Of a stretch of DNA of 64,000 nucleotides, positions 1 through 10,183 are shown in pieces. The notes below the pieces were generated by a model. It ran no database searches, was not told the DNA's origin, and saw only the letters and a list, made by a program, of their open reading frames with translations. The position numbers were made by a program, and so were the translations under genes. Origin of the DNA: Takakia lepidozioides (Eukaryota; Plantae; Bryophyta); assembly GCA_030704615.1 (NCBI GenBank), contig CM060733.1:23994001-24058000 (forward strand), given 5' to 3'. Every line of letters begins with the position of its first letter. Positions within the stretch are counted from its first letter, which is position 1.

Positions 1-1875
1 GACCAGAAGTGCCAGAAGAGAAATTGTGGACTCCCGCTCTTGGTCCTGTTTCAGAAGCTGTGCTCATGGCCGAGGTGCCTGATTTTATCAACTGTGCCGC
101 CACTGCTGCTGCTTCCAGTTGACCATCTACCCATGCAGGTTTCTTGTAGCAATTGATCCACAGGGAATCATAGGTACTTTTGTGCTTGAAATCCGGCCCT
201 CTTGCATGAATCTGGACCCACACTCTATCCCTGATACTTCGGCTATCCCTGGCTCTGCACAAATCATCTATAGATCCTCGCCTTGCTGATTGCAGCTGAC
301 AAAGACAGCCTAAATTTGTTCTACCACACACCCTGACCCTACTTATCATACACGAGTTTCCGATGCTGAAGTGCTCCCAAGACATTAAGAAGGTGCTAGG
401 AAGAGAGAGGAGGACAGTTTCCAACAAAGCTTTGTATTGCATCTTGTTGTGTGCTTCTCTCTGGAATCTAACAGGCATTCACCTTTTTGCCTTGGTTGTC
501 CCACCATTAACTGGGGTCTGAATCCAATGCTTCTCCTCGTCTCTGTTATCTGTTTCTTGATACTTTCCGGCTGCCACATTGGCAGTAACATGTCAAAGTC
601 ACTCCAAACCACCGTAGATCAACCCAATCATTTGCAGAATTCGACATGAAAATTAGGGACAATTCTGATAAGAGGGTAAAACAGGCTGAAATGTGCTGAA
701 GAAGTGCCCTCACCACATTGTCCTTGACCTTGTGTCTTGAAAGCAGCTAGTTTTTCTTCCGCCCATGAAGGATTCAACCGACCATCAACCCAAAAGGACC
801 TCTCTTGTGTGCTGCTTGTGCCTGTAGTCAGGTGAACTCGGATTGGTCTGTGAGAACCACCACTGTGCAGCTGAGCAGCCATAGATTTAACCTCCGCCTC
901 CTAAGACCAAGCTGACCTTCCCAAGTACCTCATAAACACCACGAAAAATACCAAATCATGCTACGAACAGGAAGAGCCCACATTTGCAGGAATTCTTCAG
1001 ATCATACATGAAGAAAGCCACACCTTGCCATTGCGGCTGTCACACCATTGTGAAGGACATATAAAAAACTCATGCCAGCTCTGCTCCATGCTCCACAGTA
1101 GACCTTCATGCCGGAGAATTCGATAGCATCAACATTTTTGGCAATTGTTTTCTACAGACGAGCTTTCAACAACATTCATGCAAGTCACTTTGGGCTCCAT
1201 TGGACTCTACACAATTGGACACAGAAGAATATGTCGAAACTTACACAGATGCTAAACCACCTTAGTCTGGAGTTTTTGGTGAAAACGACCAGGGAGCAGC
1301 CATAGTCTCAACCCTCCCAAGTACCTCGCAAACTCCAGGGAAAAGACCTTGCGCATCCTACCTTTCATGCCCTGCCCAGGAAGAACAACCGCCGCTATGG
1401 ACAGTAATACCCAGTTTTTGCAGAGCAAAGCGAGATTCTGACTTCACTCAACAACTAGGAGTGCAATCCAATCCACACAACATGATCATACCAGAGTTTA
1501 GTCGAACTCTGTCAGACTCTTCACATCCTACATGAAGAAAGCTCACCTTGCCATTGCTACTGTCCCACCATTGTGAAGAATCTTTAAAGAACTCTTGCCA
1601 GCACTGTTCCATCCTCCAGCGTTGACCTACGCGCCAGATATACCAATTATCGGCCTTGAGATCCCGTGCGCTTTCTTGCTTCTTTGCCCAGAGTACATTC
1701 ATTTCTGCGGAATTGCGCAAAACACAATTCCGAACCTGGATCCCACGGCGCATACATACAACACAGCGACCCCAAAAATGGAAACCGCCAAGTGTTTCGT
1801 GTTCTCACCTAATTTGAATGGCACCCTTGAAGGCGCCATTGCCACCATATGCAAATCACTCCGTCCACTTCGCAT
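1..1875 (-). pseudogene. 5' part of a PDF-motif/PPR paralog (runs off the left edge of the window)
   Basis: 1-225 is the reverse complement of a close homolog of 32497-32710. PDF half-motif exons WQEFFKDSSQWWDSSNGK (~1546-1640), PDYRHK..WVDGRLNPSWAEEKL (~740-840) and S*WWDNQGKK (~480-520). Contains frameshifts and an in-frame TAA. Confidence 0.75.
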
Positions 1876-2639
1876 TGCCCAGAGAGGGATGCCGGCCCGT
1901 CTCCAGAACGCGGGAAGATGCTGAATGCAAATTAGGCCACGCTTTGACGGCCCATGAGCATATTCCAACTCTGGGTCTTTTATACTTACAGAGATGCTTT
2001 TTCTTTTCGGTAGGGCCCCATCTACCCAGCATGGACTCGGATCCGAAGATGTTTGTGAGCTCATGCGAGCCAACGTAACTATGATGCTCCTCTGATACTG
2101 TCGTTGAAGAGGGCCATGGCTTGTGGTTGACAGCCTATGCATTGGCCCTTGTGGGTCTGGAGCTCCATCCTTTGGGCTGTGGGCTCTGTCCACTCTGTAC
2201 TCTGTGGGCACTTTGCCTCTCTATCTCTATGTGAGGGGTGAATGGCATGAGGTATCAAGATCAATAACTGTCCTTTGCAGATTGTCGTTCCTGACACGGA
2301 GGAGGACTCAGGAGCAGAGCGGTGCTGAGCACGTGCTTGAGTGGGGCCCGGAGTCCAACATATACGTGTGTTTGGAGCATATCCAAGGGTGGTAGAGACT
2401 AGAAACAGTAGAAGTGAGGAAAGTAGCTGGATGCCTTCGAATCCTCCGGAGTTATGGTAAAAATTGAGTAGTAAGGAGTAGCGTCTTCGAGAAGCTTTTC
2501 ATGGAAAGTGATGGCCGACAGCGGGCAGAGGCCGATGGTCGACAGCGGGTGGCTAGAGGCGATAAGTAGACACCCCAACCGAGGGTCTAAAAGGGGCACA
2601 ACAGCTGTGCAGGCTAGTGCCGGGCCCGCCCACTCCTCA

Positions 2640-3250
2640 CACACCAGCCTTCAGCGTGATAATGGTGGGCCTTTCTCTGCCACACAAAATAACCCTAGAC
2701 GCCAGGGTGGTCAGCCCCCTTACACTAGGCACATTATGAACAATTGCAATTTCAGGTGCAATCCACCATCTATATGCGAGAGTCTTTATCATCTTCTCTC
2801 TGCTCTCGAAAATATACAACGTGGTTTTTGGGTCATCCGTCGTGGAGGCCATCCCCCAATCGCATACCCCGATGTACACATCTTCAGACCCTTGTGGAAA
2901 ATGCAACAAGATGTTGTGGAGGGACATGTCGTTGTGCAAGAGGTGGTGATTATGGACGTTGAGCATGATGTGCAAAAGCGCCCATGCCAATTGGGTGCGA
3001 TTCTGTCAGAATCGAACCAGTCGGTTGACCTCTTGCATTTCCTGCTCCGTCCTTTGTCATTCCATTAACTCCCTGTTATCCCGATCATTCCCCCATTTCT
3101 TATCAGTACTCAACCATGATCGTATGGTCCCCCCATTCCACCAATGTGTGTAACCTTCATTTCGACGTGGATGCAACGCAAAATATTTTATGATGCCGAA
3201 ATGATGGAACTTTACAGCCAACGCGAAGTCCACGTAATGAGGCCACATCG
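2640..3250 (-). pseudogene. Degenerate Ser/Thr protein kinase domain
   Basis: LLHNDMSLHNILL (catalytic loop), VCDWGMA (DFG equivalent) and WIAPE (APE); interrupted by stop codons. Confidence 0.7.
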
Positions 3251-3962
3251 GTTGTCACGTCGGTTCTCATAGTAAATAGTCAATAGTAAAGTAAAAAAAT
3301 AAACATATTTATGTACAGTAACGTCCGTTTAGGACGTGACGTGACGCACGTCCGTCGCTGACGTCGGACGTGATGCTGACGCGTCAACTCCACGTCACGT
3401 CCAAATTTGCAACTAGGGTCATAAGAACGCTTCCCTCCAAGGCTACGTCCTCCCACAATCCTAAAGGTAAGAATACCCCCCCCTTTAAGGGAATTTGCAG
3501 ACGCATTGTCCGCTGGGTAAACGCCCCCGCCACGTGGCGGGGCGCAGATCCACGCGTAGCGGTCTAAGCCGTGGACCACTGCGGTTAACGCCGGCGTCCG
3601 CTGGTCCGTCTCAGCTTTTAGTTATCCTGCGGGTAAATACCCGCCTTCTGCTCACACGCTTCAGGGGCTCACGCCTGAGCCACGCGGTTGATGTATTTGA
3701 TCTCAGTACGACTTAAGGTCAGCGATGGGCCCCGCTCCTCGTACGTTGTGGCTGGGCCACGGCTGCCTCCACGCTTTTAGTAATCGAGTGCCTACTCTCT
3801 AGGCGCAGCACCCGGGCTCTTCCCGGGCTACTCGCGACCTTGGGGCAGCTGCTGTCAAGCGAAATTAGCCCGCCCAAACCCCAAGACAAAAAAAAAAATA
3901 CAACCCCCCCTCCCCTAGGCCTCCATGGCTTGCTAGTGGGGGGGGGATTAACACATACTGGC

Positions 3963-4047
3963 TGTCGTGCGCATACATATCGCTACACAACTACATCGCT
4001 GTCCAAACCACACCACACATATATGCACAATAAAGTAGTCTAGCACA
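3963..4047 (-). repeat. Terminal repeat Y2 (85 bp, TG...CA), identical to 4398-4482
   Basis: Direct repeat; the match extends over 3961-4048 = 4396-4483. Confidence 0.9.
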
Positions 4048-4048
4048 A

Positions 4049-4395
4049 TGATAAGCAAGCTAAAGTCACACACGATGCAAAGCATGAAAACCAAACCATC
4101 ACTCTTAGAAATAGAAGTCGAGCCAGGGGCACCCCAAGCTATGGGGACTCCACCCCACAACAACCTACACTCCCATCATAAGCACACTCAGATCTAAACG
4201 CATGAAGGAGCTCGGTCGCGCAGGCTCAACTCGAGAGAGATGAGCTGCGCGACTGCCGCTCTCGTGAAGATAAGACAGACCAGGTGTCAAACTAAACTTG
4301 ACACCTGATTTAACACTTGACCTAAATCCAAGTGTTAAATACAAATAACTAGTTTTATTCTAGCTGTTTTCACACTGTGCTTATTTAACTTGACA
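4049..4395 (-). repeat. LTR-like repeat X2 (347 bp, TG...CA)
   Basis: Identical by eye to 15617-15963. Confidence 0.95.
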
Positions 4396-4397
4396 GC

Positions 4398-4482
4398 TGT
4401 CGTGCGCATACATATCGCTACACAACTACATCGCTGTCCAAACCACACCACACATATATGCACAATAAAGTAGTCTAGCACA
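4398..4482 (-). repeat. Terminal repeat Y1 (85 bp), directly after the polypurine tract
   Basis: Copy of 3963-4047; joined to X2 through the palindrome GACAGCTGTC (4392-4401). Confidence 0.9.
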
Positions 4483-4483
4483 A

Positions 4484-4494
4484 TCGCCCCCCTA
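4484..4494 (-). promoter_or_regulatory. Polypurine tract (PPT)
   Basis: Minus strand reads AGGGGGGCGA-T then the TG start of Y1, about 250 bp downstream of the pol stop. Confidence 0.7.
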
Positions 4495-4741
4495 GCTGGT
4501 GGATAGGTCCCTCTACCTCCAGATAGCTACAAGATGTAATAGCCACAGCCGTACTAAGTCCTCTATCACTGTCTTTATCATGCTCAAACTCTATCACCAA
4601 GAGGCCGGGTACAAGAGTAGCCCCATCGTTAGTCGCCGTCTTGCAATCTATGAACTTGAGCCAAGATCTCGTGTGTTCAAGGTCTCCTAGTAGCTGGGCC
4701 TTGCGTTTCTTGTTAGCCTCCCATGGTTGTATCCACTCCCA

Positions 4742-7717
4742 CTATCCAATGCAATGTGGACATAACCAATCCCCATCCGGAACCATCTCAAGAGGTGGAG
4801 TCAAGCATCCCATATGCCAACCTCTAGAGCACCGATCACACACCAGCATGGTGGCTGCCCCTTTAGCAGACCCACACAACATGCACCTCAAACCTGCAGA
4901 TACCACTGCCAGGTTTGGGTCAATCCTGCCATCGACATTCGGAAGGTGACATGGCGCACAATTACGCACATGGTCCTTCCAAGTGATGCCATCCCGACCC
5001 TCCAAGACCAAGACGCCTGAGGGCAAGACCTCTCGAACCCTCAAAATAACACGTCCTGCAGTCACATCCAGGGTCGTAGGAGCAGTCTGCTGCAGATAGA
5101 CATAGTCACCAGGGTTGAATCTCCGAACCCCAGGACGATAGCCCCCACCACGTATGGTAGCATACCTCAACGTATCACGGTGTTGTGCAATGGCAAGGTT
5201 CTCGAAAGCCATGGGCATGACTCTCTTGAACAACTCTGCACGCTGCTCACATGCACGTGCCCACACGTCCGGATCGTCAAGGTTAAGAACTGTAGCAGCT
5301 TCTCTGCGAATGGATGTAGGCAAATCCGGCTCTCGGCCAAAGAGAAGAAAGTATGGTGAGAAGGAGGCAAGTGATGCTTGCTTGCTGAACCTGTAGCCCA
5401 TGGCTAACCAGGGTAACTGAAGGTCCCAATCTCCTAGGTGTCCCTTCTGCAAGCCATACTTGCGCAAACCCCTCTTTACTGTCTGAACAACTCTCTCTGC
5501 CAAGCCATCGGCTTCAGGATGATCCCGAGAAGTGGTGCGGTGGTCTATCAAGGCCTTGTCACACAAAGCCTGAAACTCCCCCAAGAACTCTCTCCCTTGG
5601 TCCGTGAGTACCTCAGCTGGAGCACCGAATCGGCTAAGCACACAATCCAGGAATGCATACGCAGCTCCCTCACTAGCCTTATCAGGCAATGGAACCAATT
5701 CAATCCACTTGGAGAAGTGCTCCACCATCACCAACACGTACTTGTTGTGGCGCATGGTCAGTGGCAACGGCCCTGCGAAGTCAAGACTCCACCTGTAGCC
5801 CAATCCCATGATCGGAAGAGGGTGCAATTGTGGAGTAGGGGCGTTGAATGAAGCACGCACCCTGTCACACACCATGCACCTAGCCACAAATTGTTGCACC
5901 TCTGTGTGCATACCACGCCACCAATACTGCCCCTGCAGTAGACTATGAGTGCGTCGCACCCCAAAATGCCCCAACTCCTCATGGGCATGCCGCACTAACC
6001 GTGCCCGCTGTGTTGGGTGAGGCACAATCCTCACTCGACCATCCTCCCACACTCGGAGCAGGTGTGTCCCCTCCCACCTGAACCTCTTGGCTCGTTGTAG
6101 GATCCGATCCCTCTCCTTGGCAGTCATAGTGGCTGCCGTGTCTCCACTGCGGAGGTAGTCCAACACAACTGAATCCTCATGTATATCTTTGGCGCCACCC
6201 TGCTCATTGCTGGCCTCAGGGTCCTCAGACACTTGATCTACAGTCATCCCTGTTGTAGGTCCAACCTGGCCTTCCGCTGCCAAGATACACAGAAATGCAG
6301 ATGCATGCCATCCGGGCACCATCTCCTCGTCCGTCTCACCATGCCACCGAGCTCCAGTGTCATCCTGCTGGCTCGTGCATGGATTGCGACTCAACCCATC
6401 TGCATTTCGATTGACCAAACCCGGTCGATGCACCACCTGAAAGTCATACTCTTGAAGGATGAGTGCCCACCGTGCAAGCTTCCCCGTAAGCTTGTCTGAC
6501 TCCATCAACCACTTGAGTGGTTGGTGATCCGTGACAAGGGTGAAGAGATTGCCGTATAGATAGCACCTGAAGTGTGCCACGGCCCACACTGCAGCTAAGC
6601 ATTCTCCCTCATATGAGCTATACTTAGACTCTGCAGCATTGTTCGAGCGGCTAGCATAAGCCACTACGAACTCTCTTCCCTCATCATCCACCTGTGTGAG
6701 CACCGCTCCAAGCCCCAGCATGCTCCAATCTGTATGCAGCTGAAAAGGACGCCCCCTGATAGGTCGTCTCAAGATGGGCGCCGAGGTCAACCTCGCCTTG
6801 AGCTCTTGAAAAGCTTGTTCTTGCTCATCTTCCCACTGCCACTCCTGGTCCACCTTGGTCAGCTTGGTTAGAGCCTTTGCAATGGCACTAAATCCCTTAA
6901 CAAACCGTCTGTAATAGTTTGCTAACCCCATGAAAGCTCGAACTCGGCTCACATCCGTGGGGCGTGGAACCTGTGCAATGGACTCTACCTTAGTCTGCTG
7001 TACCCCCAATCCTCCAGGATATATCATGTGACCCAGATACTCAATCTGGTTGTGGAAAAACTTGCACTTGCCCGGATGTAACTTCAATCCGTGCGTCCTC
7101 AAGCGCTCAAATACCCCCTGAAGGTGTCTCTCATGCTCCTCCACCGTAGCACTAAAGATGATGATGTCATCTATGTAGCACCGAGCAAACTCCACCCCTG
7201 CTAGAATCCTGTCCATGACTCTTTGAAACTCAGCGGGAGCGTTTTTAAGCCCAAATGGTAAGAACCGCCACTGGTATAGGCAATCCTTCCCGTGCTCATT
7301 GATCCCCCAGAATGCCGTCTTTTGCTTATCCGCCTCCTTGATCGGCAACTGGTGATATCCGGATCGTAAATCCAACGTGCTAAAGACCTTGGAATGCCCA
7401 ATGGCATCAAAGATCTCCTCTGGTGTTGGCATGGCATACCTATCGGACTTGGTCTGACGATTTACAGGCCGGTAATCACCGCACATACGTCTCTCCGTCC
7501 AATTGCCATAGACATCCTTCTTAGCTGGCATCACTGTGGCTGAAGCATACTCTCCACCAGAGAGCTCCACCAAACCTGCCTCCCAGAGATCTCGAGTCCT
7601 CATCTGAATCAAAGACCTCTCCATGTCACTGTATCTATAGGGTCTCCGAAAGATTGGCGTGTCAGTGGCCAACTCAATACGGATCTCTTGACCCTTCAGT
7701 GCTCCCAAGTCCTTCAA
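4742..7717 (-). CDS. pol: Pol: reverse transcriptase, RNase H, integrase and C-terminal PHD finger
   Basis: RT: CGDYRPVN, LDLRSGYHQ, LPFGLKNAP, YIDD. RH: TDWS..LGAVL, YSSYEGECLA, TDHQPL. IN: HEELGH..CMVC, SLDFAGP, TDQGREF, GLAER. PHD: CMLC...CDRC..GWHMGC...WLCPHC. 991 aa open; probably joined to the upstream ORFs across a frame break. Confidence 0.95.
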   Translation of the reverse strand: MKDLGALKGQEIRIELATDTPIFRRPYRYSDMERSLIQMRTRDLWEAGLVELSGGEYASATVMPAKKDVYGNWTERRMCGDYRPVNRQTKSDRYAMPTPEEIFDAIGHSKVFSTLDLRSGYHQLPIKEADKQKTAFWGINEHGKDCLYQWRFLPFGLKNAPAEFQRVMDRILAGVEFARCYIDDIIIFSATVEEHERHLQGVFERLRTHGLKLHPGKCKFFHNQIEYLGHMIYPGGLGVQQTKVESIAQVPRPTDVSRVRAFMGLANYYRRFVKGFSAIAKALTKLTKVDQEWQWEDEQEQAFQELKARLTSAPILRRPIRGRPFQLHTDWSMLGLGAVLTQVDDEGREFVVAYASRSNNAAESKYSSYEGECLAAVWAVAHFRCYLYGNLFTLVTDHQPLKWLMESDKLTGKLARWALILQEYDFQVVHRPGLVNRNADGLSRNPCTSQQDDTGARWHGETDEEMVPGWHASAFLCILAAEGQVGPTTGMTVDQVSEDPEASNEQGGAKDIHEDSVVLDYLRSGDTAATMTAKERDRILQRAKRFRWEGTHLLRVWEDGRVRIVPHPTQRARLVRHAHEELGHFGVRRTHSLLQGQYWWRGMHTEVQQFVARCMVCDRVRASFNAPTPQLHPLPIMGLGYRWSLDFAGPLPLTMRHNKYVLVMVEHFSKWIELVPLPDKASEGAAYAFLDCVLSRFGAPAEVLTDQGREFLGEFQALCDKALIDHRTTSRDHPEADGLAERVVQTVKRGLRKYGLQKGHLGDWDLQLPWLAMGYRFSKQASLASFSPYFLLFGREPDLPTSIRREAATVLNLDDPDVWARACEQRAELFKRVMPMAFENLAIAQHRDTLRYATIRGGGYRPGVRRFNPGDYVYLQQTAPTTLDVTAGRVILRVREVLPSGVLVLEGRDGITWKDHVRNCAPCHLPNVDGRIDPNLAVVSAGLRCMLCGSAKGAATMLVCDRCSRGWHMGCLTPPLEMVPDGDWLCPHCIG

Positions 7718-8139
7718 ACTGAAGGCAAAGCAATTCCTGTAAGCCCTCAGGAACCGCCGTATACGTCGTCTCTCTCCTCCGGTGACAATGGGTCCAATAT
7801 CAGGCTCCCAATTGTCCTCCGTAACTGCAACCTTAAGTCCAGTGGGCTTAGAGGTAGAGGACGCGTCCCGTGGTTGCTATGCTGCAACCTCTTGAGCAGT
7901 ACCCCCTTCCTGCTCAGTCAATGACAAGGCCTCATCCTGCCCCATCATCTCATCATTGAGAACCTCCTCATCCATCACAGCTGCCTTCGCTGCCAACTCC
8001 CCTGAACCTCGAGCACCTCCCACATGTGCCATGGATGTCTACACCTCGTGGTCCTCACCGGCTCGCCCCCACTCGCTGCCTGTACCGTCTCGGTAGGCAG
8101 AGAGACCATCAAGGGAAGTGCACTCCGCACTCTACGTTG

Positions 8140-9100
8140 CTCAGCCATAGCCAAGCTGACAATCCAGGTCAAGCAATTGAGATCCATTGCTTGCCCCAAC
8201 ACCTGACGACGTGATGCCTCAGAAAGGGAAGGCACCGCCGTGGTCCCAGTGGAAAACCCCATAGCCCGCTCTCGCTCGTCGGCATTAGGCTCCACTAACT
8301 GCTGCAACTGAGCATCCCACAGGAGGCCAGGTCCACCATCCCGAAAAGCATGGGATCCTGGGAAGCTGAGCAGTGTAGGTAATGCTGCTCGTGGTTGACC
8401 CACCCTGTTGACCACTGCCAAAGGCGAACGGTCATCGTGTCTCACACGTTGAGACTGCCTTCCTGTGTCCAAAATGCCATCCACGGTGAGGTGTGCTGGC
8501 CGCTGCACCCCATCAAATGCACGCTTGAGCAGTGCGGGTGGCATCAAGTTAGTCCACCATAGTCGTGGACGATGAGCCCGTGACCCCACTGCAGCTGCAT
8601 CCAGCAATACTGCTGACCCAAGCCACGACCGGACTTGATGCACACTGGCCATCACCCTGGCCCGAGAATCACCCATCAGTGGCACATTCTCCAAGATGTA
8701 TGCCGGAGATACAGCTGATGAAGCTGCAAGTGGCGCAAAATCCGCACCATCTCCCAAAACAGACCCGTCCTCGAGTCTCGCAATCCATTGCCATGCCCGG
8801 CTGATGAATGCCCTTGGCAGGGCCAACCTGCCACTACCAGATCAATGGAGCCAACCCGCTCCAAATCCTGCGCCCCCAGCAACGCAATGTCTGCTGGCAA
8901 GGCCTGCTGATATCCACGAACTGCAGACACCGGCAACAACTCAGGGTGCTGCTGCACCATCTGAGCAACATGGCGCAGTGAGACGCGTCGTGCAGTCTCA
9001 TCCCTCTCCACATACAGGTAACGTCGAACTCGTACACCTGCCTGCAGCACTGCAGCCAATCCAGTGCTGATCCCGCCAAATAAGTCCAGAAGGCATATGC
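8140..9100 (-). CDS. C5 cytosine DNA methyltransferase domain (DNMT3/DRM-like) inside the polyprotein; one frame break near 8720
   Basis: Motif I LLDLFGGISTG, II YVERD, IV DLVVAGWPCQ, VI YILENV, VIII AHRPRLWWTNL, IX ERERAMGF, X RRQVLGQAMDL (ORFs 8676..9500 and 7975..8826). Confidence 0.93.
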
Positions 9101-9499
9101 CTTCATCCGGTCGCTGCCACACAAGAGGTGTGGTGTCCAATGGCGACAACTGAGGTGGCCCTGGTACAATCACCGCACTCTCCTCCTCTCCTGACGGTAC
9201 AAAAGCTTCTACCCAAGCTTGTTGCACCCGTCCATCAGCAGCGTGCTGCAAATCCTTGCTCGTACCCCACAACGGAGTGTGAGCAACCATGGCAGGCAAC
9301 TCCGCCGTACCATGCATGTCATCCTGCTCTGCTGGAGGTGGCACATCCTCTGCATGGGCATTGCCTTCCAGCAACTCTCCAGGCCAACTAATGCAGCTGT
9401 GAAGGCGGCTAGTGTTGGCATCTTGCCCCGCTGAGCAGCTGCAATACCCCCAATGAATGTCACAGGGAGCTGTGCACGGCGACCATCCCCTGACTGCCA

Positions 9500-9840
9500 T
9501 CCAGGCCTGTAGGATGCTGACTCCTCCCAGAAATCCAGGGTGAAGCCCATGGGGTATAACACTGCCCCACCAACGAGGACATCGTAAGAGACCGCGTCTG
9601 TCACAATGGCCTTGGCTCGCATCACTGAGCCATCTACAGGATGATCCGGCTGCAGTCTAATAGCCAACTGATGCCGTGTCATGCCGCGAGCCTGCTCTGA
9701 TCCTCCCAGAGATGTCTGTATCTGGAAAGGACAAGGCTCCATATCCGCCTCCATGAGGCCCAAACAGCTCTGCCCAACATCAGTGGCTGAGCTCCTGAGT
9801 CCAACAAGACCCGCAGTGGCCGGTACTTCTTGCCTGCCGG
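9500..9840 (-). CDS. Retroviral-type aspartic protease (frame break near 9765)
   Basis: RVLLDSGAQ active site and downstream YDVLVGG..LYPMGFTLDF. Confidence 0.85.
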
Positions 9841-10183
9841 TCCACTCAAAGTGAAAATGCCTCCCTGGTTGTCTAACAAGACAACTCCAGGTGTCACCAT
9901 GGCGCGCTCAATGGCTGGCCTAGCTGGCAGCTCCGTCAACCTGGCAGCTGCAACTTGCCATGGCGCAGCCGTGGCAGTCTTGACCCTCAAATCCGAGGAT
10001 CCCTCTGCCACTACACCTTCCACTAACTCCGCAGAAGATGAAGTGACCTCCCCACTCTCACAGAGTGTTGCTGCTAGTCTGAACACTGCAGCTGGTCTCA
10101 CCCCCGGCGTCGCAATCATTGTTGCCGAGAACAGTGGGGCCTGACACACAGAGGTGGCTGCCCCCAATAACACACCGGCCGCA

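Noticed and set aside
3332-3402. 12-bp inverted repeat in an ACGT-rich tract
   Set aside because: Probably part of a TE terminus; no function can be supported from the sequence.
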